From: Antedon mediterranea
Lineage: Eukaryota; Animalia; Echinodermata
Length of the DNA stretch: 64,000 nucleotides
Assembly: GCF_964355755.1 (NCBI RefSeq)
Contig: NC_092678.1
Span: 18,431,365-18,495,364 of the forward strand
Direction of reading: 5' to 3'
Shown one piece after another: positions 26,481 to 40,204 of this stretch (position 1 is its first letter; each line of letters starts with the position of its first letter). The translations under genes were made by a program, and so were the position numbers. The notes beneath the pieces were generated by a model that was given only the letters and a program-made list of their open reading frames with translations, did no database searches and had not been told where the DNA came from.

Positions 26481-27616
26481 TAACAATACTTGATCCAACT
26501 GAGTTTTGCATTCAATTCTCTAAAGCTGCTAGAGAAAGATTATATTAAATCAATCAATCAATGTATGGAAAAAAATGTTTGATTTGTATTGACTATAACC
26601 CCAAGCTAAACAAGTGTTTAACATTTGTTAATTATTGAATTTTCCATTGTATATATAATGTATTAATAATTGTATTTATGAAATGCTTATTAGTTATTAG
26701 TACAAATGCGGGCTTTGGTTTCATTATCTACCAAAAAAACAACTATTGTGTTTCTGCTGCGGAGTGCAGTTACCTCGTCGAATCGGTAACTAAATACCGT
26801 TGAACTGTTGTGTCAACAGACACAAATCACAGATATTTCATTAATAAATGTAAAAGGCTAAGTTACAAAATCAAATTACGTTTAACTTATGCAATTTGTA
26901 TGCTGAACTTTACTCATTTGAAAATATAATTTTGTTTTAAATACGGCGACGTGTTACGGCATGTGGATAGTATAACATAATTTCATAAGTTGTATGGATA
27001 GCTAAAAACAATAACACACTACTACATTTGTTAAATTACATAAAAAAAAAAAATTCTGTTAGACTTTTTTTTTCATAGATTTATGCAATTTTTTTCATAT
27101 ATTGTATAATTTAGTTATTTCCATTCAGAAAAATAGTTGCTTTATCATAGTTTCATTAATTTCATAAATATTATTTCAATATTAAAATTAAGTTATTGTC
27201 AATCTCAAATTTGTTCTTTATATTGATGATTAAATAAATGGTATCTTGAGATATTCATAGATTCCTCCCAGGAGAATTATATATTTGTTTGATCATAGTT
27301 CAATGGTTTGATTAATTTATTCATTCATTCGATCTTTGATTCCGCTATTCTACAAGTACATTTTTTATATAAATAAGTACATGAATTATTCATTTCATGA
27401 TGTATACTATCTCATTGGGCCCTATAGGCCCGGATGCTCCTTATATTTTGGAAGTTCATGCTTTTACTTTCAGGAAAAACGTCGTTGTTTTCTGTATGTA
27501 CTTAGCAAATATAAATAAATCAGTTAAGTGGCATGGGTGCTACAGTTGTTTAAAATTTCAAGTTGTAGGCCTACTCTTGCCGACAATCAGTTGGTGCCAA
27601 TTGTAATGGAGCTAGC

Positions 27617-28005
27617 AGTGGCATAACGTAGGAGGAAAAGTCCCTGATTTAGCACTGTTAAGACACCCTCCAATGCGAGGTAGTTGCATCAGGGCTGATC
27701 ATGCTCTGGTGCCTCTTAAATCCAGAAACCCCTGATTTAGCACTGTTAAGTCACCCTCCAATGCGAGGTAGTTGCATCAGGGCTGATCATGCTCCGGTGC
27801 CTCTTAAATCCAGAAACCCCTGGTTTAGCACTAACAAAGGACCCTCCAATGCTGGGTTGTTGCATAAGTGCTGATCATGCTCTGGGGCCCCGTAAGTCCA
27901 GGAACCCCTGGGTTTAACACTCTTAAGTAGCCCTTCATATGCGGGGTAGTTGCATCAGGGCTGATCATGCCCATAAGCTCTGGGGCCCCTGGGTTTAGCC
28001 ATTGA
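27617..28005. repeat. 88-bp tandem repeat (~4 copies) behind a CAGTGGC hAT-like end
   Basis: Units start at 27643, 27731, 27819 and ~27907. Shared gtagttgcatcagggctgatcatgc. Confidence 0.9.
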
Positions 28006-28707
28006 CATAATGCAGTGATTGACTCAGGATTTAAAAATGGTGCTGAAATTAATCTGATATTTTGCATACAAATGTCCAAATTTAGCAGGGGTCATGCCAG
28101 CTGGACCATGGCTGGACACCTCCTTGTATTCCTAGTTGATGGTTTGCAGCTTAAATCACTTAGTCACTAGACTCACCTTGATTTGCAATTCATAGGTTGA
28201 TAATAGGTGCTGCCACCGCAACCCCATGACCATTTGTATGGCAGCATATTGCCAAATAAAATGTTAGTTCTAAAATAAAATTGATATATCGACCCAATTT
28301 CTAGTAGGTTTGTGCTGCCAAAAAACACCAGTCCAACAGGTTTCATGTTATGTTTGATTGGTAAAAAAAAATTGTTAGTAATTAAATGATTAAACATGTT
28401 ATTACTTAATCTCATTTTTACTGTAATGCATTTATTTTCTATCCTTGTATTTCATTATTATGAATTATTATCATATTTATGACAAGTATGAACCTGGTTC
28501 AATTCATTCCTGATGATGTATTTATTACTTTGCTGTCAAATTTGATATGATTAATCAAATAATATATTCATATAGAATTCTTGACTTTTGTATGGCTTTC
28601 ATTGTTTCATCTCTATGATATTCCAATCAACTTTCCACCTCTCTGAAAACCTGCAGACTCTCCTAGACTTTGTCCAAATTCTTTAAAAAAATAACACACT
28701 TAAAATA

Positions 28708-28974
28708 CAGTGAAACCCCTAATTAAGGGGACAGAGATATTGTTTCTTTTTCGTTTCACCAGAAAGTGGCTCCTCAATAGTGTCCCCTGAATAATGGTGT
28801 CCCCTGAATAGGGGTGTCCCCTGAACAGGGGTGTCCCCTGAACAGGGGTGTCCCCTGAATAGGGATGTCCCCTGAATAGGGGTGTCCCCTGAATAGTGGC
28901 GTCCCCTGAATAGTGGTGTCCCCTGAATAGTGGTGTCCCCTGAATAGGGGTTTCCTAATGGATAGGTTCTATTG
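28708..28974. mobile_element. Tc1/pogo-like MITE with internal tandem expansion of GTGTCCCCTGAATAGGG
   Basis: TA-CAGTGAAACCCCT ... AGGTTCTATTG-TA. About 9 copies of an 18-bp unit. Confidence 0.8.
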
Positions 28975-29129
28975 TAGTAGCCAATAGTTTGTAGAAGATA
29001 TATAGAATAGGAACCTCGTACGCAATAGGTTTCTTGTTTCTTATTTTTCATTAACATTTATTTTTCTCTCATTTTCTTTTTTTTTACATTTTTTAATATG
29101 AATTTATTGATGTTGTTTTGTTTTTGAGT

Positions 29130-29392
29130 ATGTGATAGGCATGGTTTCCAACCTATCAGTACTATATTGATTATTCTTAGGCAAGATATTTTACTCTCAA
29201 TGCCTCATCCTTTGGATGAGACGTAAAGCTGTTGGTCCCATGTACTTAGAACTTTGTATACTATTAAAAAAGCAGGGGATCGTCTCCAATTGAGCTGATC
29301 TGGGTAGGCGCTGCACTGCTGGCTGCCGTTGGTTCATAGAAGGCAAATCCAAATTTTCTCAGTTTCTGGTTAAGCTTGAGGACATACCTTTT
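29130..29392 (+). mobile_element. SINE with a Deu-like central motif
   Basis: TTTGGATGAGACGTAAAGCTGTTGGTCC core. The 3' half recurs at ~50115-50230. Confidence 0.6.
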
Positions 29393-29490
29393 AATTTGTT
29401 TAAATAAATCTTAATATTTATTGTCTATTTCGTGCCTAACTTACCTGGATAATCGAAATATAAAATTTGTCTTTTTGTATCTCCTAATAG

Positions 29491-29653
29491 GTACGGTGAT
29501 ATGGTTCCAACAACGATCTTAGGAAAAATTGTAGGTGGTATGTGCTCACTATGCGGGGTGTTAGTGATAGCTTTACCCGTGCCTGTTATTGTCTCAAACT
29601 TCAGTCGAATTTATCACCAAAGCCAGAGAACAGATAAACGAAAAGCACAAAGA
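29491..29653 (+). CDS. Shal: Shal/Kv4 voltage-gated potassium channel, internal exon (selectivity-filter end, S6, proximal C-terminus)
   Basis: Polypyrimidine tract + tag|G TAC GGT GAT. Translates (G)[54 protein letters not shown], i.e. GYGD filter, PVP hinge and the Kv4-diagnostic SNFSRIYHQ. Ends AGA|gtaagt (phase 0). The intron inside GYG matches the KCND gene structure. Confidence 0.97.
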
Positions 29654-29926
29654 GTAAGTACACAATCGTTTTTTGAATCTTTAAATCAATAACATTATCG
29701 CTTTTTTTTATATGGTACCATTTTTGTGATGCATGTTTTCTTAAAATTTACCATGAATTGTTTTTAAAGGGTTTTTAAATTGAAACATTGAAAATTTATG
29801 TCTAGCTAAACATATTTCAGCCCTTTCTCGCCAAAAAAATGTGGAATGACATATTAAGGTCTGTAAATATCTAACATAAAAATCAGAGTGAATATTTTTT
29901 CTTGTTTGATCTAAAAGTTCACTTTG

Positions 29927-30050
29927 CAGTGCTGTAGCCACGAAAAATAAAAGTGGTAAGGTGAAAAGGGAAGGGAATGACCAATCTGTGCGCTGGCCAA
30001 AGGGTTGTCTTGGTCATATTGAACCAACCATATTAGTGGCTACGGCCCTG
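29927..30050. mobile_element. Short hAT-like MITE
   Basis: CAGTGCTGTAGCCAC ... GTGGCTACGGCCCTG inverted termini. Confidence 0.65.
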
Positions 30051-30522
30051 TTTTGTTTATCAATTGGGAGGCAATTCTTTTACGCATACACATTTCATGC
30101 AGTTTTGTTTGTATTTAGCCCATAACTAGTATTTTTACAGGCGTTCGTTCTTCTACAAAAGGGCAAAATGTTATCACCACCTAGGCTAGTTACATCTGTT
30201 TATCATTTCTTCCACTGATGATCTCTTGTTGAAGAGAGCACTTTTGAGGCAAAATGGTGATTCGTTGTTATTATACTGATTATAAAAGCAACATAATTTC
30301 TTAATTTAAAATTGCAGATTATTCTAAAAAATTTACGACAATATAATATTTTTATTCAATTGATATTCTTCAGAATTTAAGTCTTTGGGATTTGTATTTG
30401 ATTAACACACTTTAATAATTTGCATGAAAAAGAAAGTACTGATTGAAATGTAATTCCAATTTTTTGACCCAGTTTTGATGAATAAGTTTGAATAATCTTC
30501 GACAAGGAAAATTTGTGTAAAG

Positions 30523-30836
30523 TGTGCAAGTGGCCAAGTGGTTTAAAGACAGTGGAATCATGATCTAATAGCCATATTTTGGTTTGGGTTTGGTGGTAGT
30601 CTTCTTGGAGTCTTCTTGGATAAAGACTATATAAATCTGTTGAGACTTTTTAGGGGTTACCATGGTGTACTAGTTCACACACACACAGAGCCTCTGTGTT
30701 GGGAGCACTGATATGACGTGATCCTTCAAAGGAGTAGAAGCATGTAGTTGAAAAGTGTAACATAAAGTCCAGAACACCATGGACAATGATCGGAATTGTG
30801 CTACAAATGGAAATATATCATCAACATTATTATTAT
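30523..30836 (+). mobile_element. tRNA-derived SINE with a Nin-like domain
   Basis: A-box TGGCCAAGTGG, TCTTCTTGGATAAAGACTATATAAA core, LINE-like tail ending in (ATT)n. Confidence 0.6.
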
Positions 30837-31154
30837 AAATTCAAACGCATATGTTTAAAAAAATATAGTTATTATTGTATAATAATTTTGACATGATCAT
30901 GTTTGTATTTTAGTCCTTGTCAGTAGGTTACTTACAGTACGTAGTCCCGAAAATTCTGTTGCACTATCTGCTTCCTTTCTTTCATATACTCTCTTTAAAG
31001 TCACTCCATCCTCCCACCCTCAATCCACACCTGACCTCTGTGACCTTCTATTTATACCATCCTTGCTAGAGTTTTCTCCTGTACTTCCACACACTAAATC
31101 AGCTTGAATCTCTAGAATACTTCCCTCCCCCCCCCCACCCCAAGATATACAGTA

Positions 31155-32110
31155 CAGTCGACCTTCTCATTTACACACTTCTCAATTACGAACCTTCTAT
31201 TTTACGAACGCCGTTCGAACGATGACGTCATCAGTAATATTAATAAAACTTTTACGTACCTACTAATTTATTATCTTCTTAATTTATTAAACTACCCCAA
31301 AACAATTATTTCATAAATAAAGCAAAGCTTATTAAAAAAGATCCACGATTTATTTCTAGTTTAAAAGTTGTCTATTCCTAGGCCGTTAGCTAGGCCGTTT
31401 AGCTAGGCCTAGGCCGTTTAGTCTAGGCCTAAGCTAGAGATCATCATCCCCACTGCTGGTGGAGTGCATGGAGAGCACCCTGCACGTGTTTTTGAAAAAA
31501 AACAAAGGTTGATCGCGAACTGCAAAAAAGGCTAGCTACGATGACCATACTATCAATTTAGTTTGGTTTGTGCATGTGGTTACGATATAAAAAAACACTT
31601 GACTCTTATTTATTAACATTTTAAAACTTTGTTGTCAGTCGTTGCGTAGCCATTTTTCTGGGAATTCCATTTTACTTGCTGTCAAACGCCACACATACAT
31701 AGTAGCTTAAAAATGTAAATATTTGCGGTCCAGAACGGATTTGATATTATTACTTTAGGAACAAGTTCGTAAATTACAGTTTGTGTCACAATATGCACAA
31801 TAAAAAGTAAACGATGGAATTTTGGTACAGAGAATGTGTGTAACATAACAAAAAGCAGAAATATCAATCTTTTTGGCATTTAAGGTGTTAATTTACATGT
31901 TAAATCTAATAGTTTTATACTGTATTTTTAATACTGTTTGTTCTTTATAGTGTACTATACACAGTAAGTTGTACATAGGGCATTTTGTTTGGACATGTTT
32001 TTACCACTGATTTAATAGAGGGCGCTTTTTTCCGAACCTTCTCATTTACGAACTATTTCATTTACGAACGCCTCTCAGACCAAGGGGTACGTAAATGAGA
32101 AGGTCGACTG
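31155..32110. mobile_element. Tc1/mariner (pogo/Tigger-like) non-autonomous element
   Basis: Perfect 20-bp TIR CAGTCGACCTTCTCATTTAC. TA on both flanks. Subterminal TTTACGAAC repeats. Confidence 0.9.
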
Positions 32111-32880
32111 TATATAAGATTGTATTATCAGTGCTTGGTTTTCCAGTTCATTTAAATAATTTAATTTAGCCTGTATTGTTTATAGTGAAAAAATGAATCA
32201 AGTGAAGCAGAAATTATTGTATATTAATAATTAAATTATAAGCTAACTAATTCACATTATTGCAAAATTGATGTAATCATAATGCGATATTGTTTATATA
32301 TAGAAACAGAGACGTGTTTGATGAACTTTTATTTTTTTTATTATCACATAGATGAGGACATTAAAATATAAGCCAAAAATGTTTAGCAATAGCCACTGTA
32401 GCGTGATTTATCACCGTTTATGGAATGGAGCCTCTGTTTTAACAGTTTTCAGTTCAATGGTGGATTTCAGATGTTGTCTCGGACTTTTTATTTTGTCTTA
32501 AAGTCATAAGGAGAGGAGGATCGTACACACAAAATGTATATTTTTCATACATTTCGGTTATTATAAACTCCTATCCGTCTTAATAAAGTTTAAATTTATG
32601 TTGAAATAATACCTTTGTTCCAATTCACCCTAGTTATATAAATTCTCCATATTGTTCATTTTTAGGTAGGTTAATACATTGATCTTTATTTAAGTAAGAT
32701 AAAGAATTGGTTTTTTTAAAGACTATCATTTTTTTTTTATTTAACCAGAACAATTCAGAATATTTATTTTTGATATATTCATTATTTTTATCTAGATTGT
32801 TCAAAACCTGCTAGACTTTTTTTTTCAAAATAAATGAATAAAGGTTGAATTTAAATTTTTTTAAACATAGGTAGTTCTTA

Positions 32881-33330
32881 ATTAGTTTTGTTATGCATGC
32901 TACTGTAGCTACATTCAATAAATGATATTTCAAATTCGGTTAAAATATACCATTTTTGACACATGATTATTAAATTTAAATTTGAATAAATGAAGGATAA
33001 GAAATAATAAACTAAAATATAATATAAAATATAATTAACTGTGGAATAGCAAATTTTCAAAAAAATATTAAAAGGTATTAGTTTTGTTATGCATGCTACT
33101 GTAGCTACATTCAATAAATGATATTTCAAATTCGGTTAAAATATACCATTTTTGACACATGATTATTAAATTTAAATTTGAATAAATGAAGTATATAAGA
33201 AATAATAAACTCAAATATAAGGAACAAACTGCGGAATAGCTAATTTTCAAACAAAATAATAAAAGAATTACTTTCATATGCACTGCAGTGCCATTAAATT
33301 GATGTCATTTCAAATTCTGTTAAATACCAT
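32881..33330. repeat. 196-bp tandem duplication plus a partial third copy
   Basis: attagttttgttatgcatgctactgtagctac at 32881 and 33077. Confidence 0.9.
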
Positions 33331-33819
33331 TTAAACCCAATTTTCAGAAGTGGTTGTTAATTTACAATGTGTATCTGAACATGAATGTTAATCATTAAAG
33401 GTCACAATAGGTAGTGTACAACTAGATCAATCAATTGACTATGCTAATAAGACAAGTCAACCAATATATTATATTGATTTTGCATACGTTTACATATTAA
33501 TATTATGGTATGAAGTTTAAATGAAGTATTTAGTAATAAAGTAAAAGAAATCAAATAGATAGTACATAATCTGTTTTGGCAGATTCCTTCCTGTTCGGAT
33601 AAAATGTAAATTTCTATAATTTGTTCACGGACAGTATTTTCAACAGTATTTTTAATATTAGCCTATTTATAGTATTGTAACATTGGCCTATAGCGTTTTT
33701 ACAATTTGATGTATTTTTCTTTGTAGTTTTATTGTCTCTATTCCAAGCAAAGTGATTTTTTTCATTTTCACCAATTTTGTTTTTATTTGGACCATTAACA
33801 TTTTGTTTATTTTCGCTAT

Positions 33820-34027
33820 ATGTAAGACGATAATGTAATTTTTAAATAGTTTACATTTTTAACAGTTTTTTTATTTTTAACTTTTTATCTTGTATTTTAA
33901 TCTGTTATAATACTGCACGTTTTAAATTGTTGCATTTTTATGTTGGTTTTTTATTGTTGTTTTAATCTACCAAGCAAAGTGAATTTCCATTTTTATGGAC
34001 AAATAAATTTCTTGAATCTTGAATCTA
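33820..34027 (+). mobile_element. 5'-truncated Rex1/Babar-like LINE (3' UTR only)
   Basis: Near-identical to 45241-45430, including the (CTTGAAT)n tail. Confidence 0.8.
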
Positions 34028-36659
34028 TATAAATCTATCTATTATTACTATTATTATTTTGAATCCTGAATTTGTCCGAGATTTTTCGGTAATGTCAAGT
34101 GTGCCAAGGAAATAGATGGTACTACAATGAAACTTTCATTTCAATATTGAACACAAATAATATTAAAAATTCAAAGCAAAGTAAAACTGACTGGGAGAGG
34201 AACTCGAACAAGTTGGTTGCTTAAAATATGTATACCACATTTAAAGAAAGATGAAAAAATGTTTATTATTCCCAAACTGGAGAGTGCTGATTACACCAGA
34301 GAGTTCAATAGCAAGGCAGGGATATAAAGTAGCATGTGATAAAATTGGATCAAATTTACAGTAGTATAAAATATCAATCATAAAAAAACGCTATTTTTAA
34401 AAAAAGTATTAAACAACATCTTTTTACAAATTATTTATTGTCCTCGTGTCTAACTTTTAATCTGTTAAGATAAGATAAGATAGTCAGTTGTTTTCACTTA
34501 AGTTTCTGTGAATGTTTTGTGTCATTTTGAAGCTGTGAAAATGCTTCCTGAATTATCTTTATTTTTGTTGGGGTTTTTTAAATGGATATTTCATGGCCTT
34601 TTTTTTTTTGTATCACTTGAAACATTTGCATTTGGCATTATATATAGAATTATTGTTAGTACTTGTCTCTGGCAATCATTGTATTTATGTGTTTATAGTT
34701 ATTTTTATATTAGAAAATGTTTTTTTTTTCATTATTATTTTTGAAAATACAATTAGATGACAGGTGTTTTAAATGTTAAACTAAATTTGTCTTAATGTTT
34801 ATAGTTTCAATAATTATAGCCATAAAATCATAAATTACCAAAGTATAAAAAAAAAATCTAAAAAATAATTATTGCGGTTTAGTAATCAAGTATATAGCAA
34901 TAACCTCATAATGGTATAACTTGTTATATAACATAGTTGTTACTATTCTTGCCTGCTAATCAAATGTCCCGGAAACATATAGATAAAAAGTGGAAGTTCC
35001 TTTTATTATATCCCTAAAAAGCCTCTGGAAAAAGTGAAGATTAACTTTCCTAAATGATTCTGACTGTATCAATTTAATTGATAAACTAAAGATTTTTAAA
35101 ATATTGGAAAAAATGAAATTTCCAAATATCTTGGAAACACGAATGGAAAAATGTAAATTCCTTTTATCATACCCATAGAGGAAACCCCTCAGTGAACATT
35201 AATTTTCTTGAAATAATTATGACTGTATAAATATAAATATGAACCAAGATTAATAATTTAGAATAAAAAGTAAAGATATTTGAACAAAGAAAAATGTAAA
35301 TTTAACAAATATCAAAGAAACATAGATAAAAAAAAGTAGAAACATTGATGTTGATCATATCTGTAAAAAGCTTCTAGAGAAAGCAAAGATTAATGTATAA
35401 ATTTAAATGATAAACTGATTTTATTGCAAATTTAATATTACAAATTAATGCACATATTGCATAACCATATTAGATAGGCTTGCTATCCGCTTGTAAATTA
35501 TATTAATTAAGCTTTAAACAAATTAGTTAATAGTTTGTAGGCGGTATTAAGACCAATAATAGGCTACAATTGCACAAACAAACCCATTACCTTTTTTTTC
35601 TCTTTGTTAAATGAGCGGACGTGAATCTGTAAAGATGAAATTTGTACTGTAATCCACACTCCCGACTTGTTGACTTTGTTTATAGTGTTCAATCAGGGAC
35701 GTACCGTGAAATCCGAGGGGTTGAAACGGCAGCACTTGATGATGTGTTAGAACTGAAATAATCATGACTTTGTTATAAATCTTTTTTGTCCATTTTCAAA
35801 AGGGCACATCCCTTCAAGGGGAAGTGGTACTGCACCTATGGACACGTTCCTTTTGTACACCCTATTCATTTTTAATAATTAGACAGAATGTTTCTACATG
35901 GGTATTGAAAACATTATCAAGTTAATTCATGCAGGATGTATTTAAAATAAAAATACTACTGAACTATTTATCCATAGTGGAAATATAATTTTTTCATCAT
36001 TAGTTTCCTCTGGTATTGTATCTAAAGTAAAGTATCCTAGGCAAAATACATTAGAGGCATATAGTACATAACACACACTATAACCGTAACATATTACAGC
36101 CATCACATGTGATACATATGTGACACTGTATTTCTGAATTTGATACTGGCATTGTGGAGACACATTGCAGAGAATCCGGTTCTTGGTTCTTATTAGTCCT
36201 ATGTATTCTCCAGAACTGGAATATGCTATAACATTTCAGAATCATTTTTCAAACATCTAACTACAATATTTTTTGTTTAGTGCATAGATTGCTTTACATA
36301 AGATTTTTAATTATAGTTTGTATTTTATGTGTTACATGTGTTCATTGTGTAAGCCATTGTAAAATTATACATGTTGGTAAAAGTTCCAGTTGTTAGTTTA
36401 GCTTTAATTTGATATTTATTGTCAACATTTTAATGAATGCGTGGGTGGTACTATATACGTATAGCATTTGTTTAATGTCGAAGGCCTTTCCTTTAATGTT
36501 TTTAAATGTAAAAGGTTTTTTTTTTCGGTGGAATAGAATCCTGTCTCGGATATGTACTCATTATTTGATCAACTGTTGATACTGAGGTCTAGGCATTTAT
36601 CAGTCTTTTTACTTTGGTCTTTATTGGATCTATTATTTTACACTTATTTACATTGCTTA

Positions 36660-37015
36660 TTACAATTTATTCACTCTAAATATAATTTATTCACTCCACA
36701 AAATTGATTTCACTCCATTCAATTTGTTCACCTCACTCTATGTATTCACCCCTCTCAATGTATTCACCCCACTCATTTTATTCACTCCACTTAATTTATT
36801 CACTCCACTCAATATATTTACTCAGTTCAATTTGTTCAATCTAATTATAATTTATTCACTCCATAAAATTGATTCACTCCATTCAATTTGTTCACTCCAC
36901 TCAATGTATACATCCCACTGAATTTATTCACTCCACTCAATTTATTCACTCAGTTCAATTTGTTCACTCCACTCAATTTATTCACTCCACTCAATTTATT
37001 CACTTCACTCAATTT
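36660..37015. repeat. 18-bp minisatellite (TTTATTCACTCCACTCAA)n
   Basis: About 19 copies. Explains three overlapping spurious ORFs. Confidence 0.93.
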
Positions 37016-37494
37016 TCCAGTGAATTTATATATAAACTATTTTTGTGTCAACTTTGTTTACACTTTATAGATAAAATTTAATTAAAGATTGTCATCTATG
37101 AATTAATTTTGTTTATCACTTCATACATCAATTGTAAAACTGTACTTTGTAGTGCCCTTGGTCTACTGATTCTACAGATATTGAATATAGAAATACATGC
37201 AATTTAATATCAAGTGTTAAGCACGCATAATAATTTAATATCTAAGTACAGTACAACTGAATTTCATGGTTTAGTTTACAGAAAAATATTAGTTGATAGA
37301 ATAAAAGATATTATGAATAAATTCCTACTTTTACTTTATACAATACTTTATACCTTCAAGTTAGTTTCATCAAACAGTTGTTATGGTTTCATGTACCAAT
37401 TATTTCTAACTTACCTGGTTAGGTCATCAACCTACCTAGGCCAATAAACAGGGCCTGAAAGGGCTCAACATGTCCCCTTCAGCAGACCCTCTTT

Positions 37495-37960
37495 TTATGA
37501 AGCTGTCCTGTTAATAAGAAGCTGTCCTGTTAACAAGATTAACCAGTTTATAAGAAGCTGACAAGTTTTAAGAAGCTGACCAGTTTATTCAAAGATTGCC
37601 TGTTGAAGAAGCTGACCAGTTTATAAGAAGCTTACTAGTTTATTCAAAGATTGCCTGTTGAAGAAGCTGACCATTTTATAAGGAGCTGACCAGTTTTAAG
37701 AAACTGACCAGTTTTAAGAAGCTGACCAGTTTATAAGAAGCTGACCAGTTTATAAGAAGCTGACCAGTTTTAAGAAGCTGACCAGTTTTAAGAAGCTGAC
37801 CAGTTTTAAGAAGCTGACCAGTTTATAAAAAGATGGCCTGTTTAGGAAGCTGACAAGTTTATAAGAAGCTGACCCGTTTTAAGAAGCTGAACACCTGTTT
37901 ACAAGCAGCCGACCAGGTTATAAGCAGGTGACCTGTTTATAAGAAGCTGACTTGTTTAAA
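37495..37960. repeat. 18-19-bp minisatellite (AGAAGCTGACCAGTTTATA)n
   Basis: More than 20 copies. A second array is at ~39900-40030. Confidence 0.93.
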
Positions 37961-38229
37961 AGAATTAATAATGGAGTTGTAATTATGTTCCACTGTATCC
38001 TCAAACCATACAATAATTAGCATCAATTCTGTCAACCACACTCTTGGTACAAGGCACTCGGTCTAATACGACTGTGTTCTTCTTTCCGATACTAAACCTG
38101 GATGGTCTTTTTCTACTGGTTCCTCCATAATTTCAATTATAATCTGATAAAATAAGAGGCATCATTAACATCATCAATTACACCTCTCTTCTTGTTACAT
38201 GATCAACGCAAATACAATTTTAAGCCATT

Positions 38230-38335
38230 TCCTCTGTGTCTGGCAGGATGGTTTGTATTGTGGCCTGTGTAATTTCTTTTAAAACATTTTTGATTCATGT
38301 AGATTTTGGTCTTCCTCTTGGTCTTTTGCATATAT
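38230..38335 (-). mobile_element. RTE-like LINE C-terminal fragment
   Basis: Minus strand reads CKRPRGRPKST*IKNVLKEITQATIQTILP, matching the typical RPRGRPKxxW motif. Confidence 0.55.
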
Positions 38336-38950
38336 TTGTTTTTACCCATTGATGGGCAGATCCAAGGGTAGCACTTGGGCATGTATGCCATCCTTATGAA
38401 ATTCCTATTTTCTATATCTATTTTTGACAGACTGTTAATATTATTTAGCACTCTCCCGTTTGTAAAGCATAGGTCCGATCTAAAGTTATTGTTATTTAGT
38501 AGCTTTTTAATTTCAAGTATACCTTTTTGAACAGTTCTTATTGTTTCCTTATTGACTTTTTCCATCAAGATTTTCTTGTACATTGTGATACAGTGGATGT
38601 TATATTCAATTCTATGGAATAAATTAGTAGAAGTATATTTAATTTATACAACATACTTTTTGAGAGACGGATAAGAATTATAGTTATATTTTGTTGAAAC
38701 GCTAACAAAATGTATACCATATTTTGTCCACATGTTATGTAACGACACAGCATTTTTATTACGATTTAACTTGATATTTTGACTTTGAAGATTAAATTTA
38801 GAAAAAACGCAATATTGGATTACCTGCAGTTATTCATGTTTCATAAATTCTTACCTTTTATAGACATAAATTTAATATATACATATAAATTTATGTTGTT
38901 CGTGTACACTGTATTTCCTTTCTGAACTTTATATACATTTATACTCACTA

Positions 38951-39580
38951 GGGATCATGTGAAAACTATTATAATGTAGTTACTGCAGTAACTACATTTT
39001 CTACTGCATTAAAGTATGATTTTTTTGTCAATGTGGACATTTATTAGACAGTCACTGCAATAAACCATGTGTGTGTGTGAATAGTAAAAAATATTGGTAT
39101 TTAAATAATTGCAATAAGGCCCATTCACACTAGGACGATCGATCGACGATAAATATATAAGCATGCATTTTTTTTAAACATAAAACAAAAGAAATTAGAA
39201 AGGGTTTCGTTCTAGGACTATAGGATAATCATTTATGCTGTCTTTGATAAAAATAATATTTTTAAAATTCCAATCAAATGACGTCATGATACCTAAAAAC
39301 AATAAAATCGTTGTATTGTCACGATATTATTCTCTTACTAATCATGACGTCATTTGATTGGACATGTGAAAATATAATTTTCATCAAAGGAAGCATAGAT
39401 GGTCATTCTATAGTTCTAGAATGAAAAGGTTTTATATTTCTTTTATTTTATGTATGAAAAATGCAAATTATTGTCTATTATCGTCGATCGTTATCGTCCT
39501 AGTGTGAATGGGCCTTTAAATAGGTAAATAAGAGTAAATAAAATGTAGAAACTGCAGTAGAATGATTTTAACATGGTTCC
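38951..39580. mobile_element. TIR element of the TGTAGTTACTGCAGTAACTACA-palindrome family, host of a nested MITE
   Basis: Ends GGGATCATGTGAAAAC / GATTTTAACATGGTTCC. Related pieces at ~4440, ~18600 and ~45815. Confidence 0.55.
39117..39515. mobile_element. Harbinger-like foldback MITE
   Basis: TIR AGGCCCATTCACACTAGGACGAT. The element is self-complementary over nearly its whole length. Flanks are ATA/TTA. Confidence 0.87.
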
Positions 39581-39899
39581 ACAAATCATGAAATCTCTTT
39601 AAAATAGTGTTATATAATAATATCTACTCCAATTTTAAATTTCTGTTTCAACTAGTAGCAACATCAAATTACAATTAAGACTAAGATTAATATATTATAA
39701 TAATAATAAAAATGATTGCATAACATTTTAAAAAAATGATTTCCCTCTTTGGCTTGATATATAACACACTTTCAAAATATTAATTATAACTTCCAATTAT
39801 TAAAGTGTCTTTAATTCCAGACATAAAATACAAGTTTTAATACGAGAATGATGCATTGAGTATTGTATACAGTATGTTTTTGTTGCCAAAATATGTTTA

Positions 39900-40204
39900 A
39901 AAAGCTGATCAGTTTATTAAGCTGTACTGTTTATAAGGAGCTGACTAGTTTATAAGAAGCTGATCCGTTTATAAGAAGTTGACTAGTTTATAAGAAGCAG
40001 ACTAGTTTATAAGAAGATGACTTGTTTATATGAATTAATAATGCAGTTTGGAATTATTTTCCACTGTACCCTCAAACTATAAAATATTTTGCATCAGTTC
40101 TGTCAACCACACTCTTGGTACAAGGCACTCGATCTAATACGACCGTGCTCTTCTTTCCGATACTAAACCTGGATGGTCTTTTATTATTGGTTCCTCCATA
40201 ATTT
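39900..40204. repeat. Dispersed duplicate of ~37860-38132 (minisatellite plus ~170 bp of complex sequence)
   Basis: ttctgtcaaccacactcttggtacaaggcactcg...ggttcctccataattt is nearly identical in both copies. Confidence 0.88.

Noticed and set aside
28719-29057. 112-aa repetitive ORF (SGDTPIQGTPLFRG)
   Set aside because: Translation of the 18-bp array inside a MITE.
29654-29692. ORF extension [12 protein letters not shown]
   Set aside because: Read-through past a canonical gtaagt donor. Kv4 homology resumes at 49892.
30213-30245. CTGATGA plus hairpin as a third hammerhead
   Set aside because: The GAAA half of the core and stem I are missing. Similar partial matches at ~10390 (minus) and ~58267 also fail.
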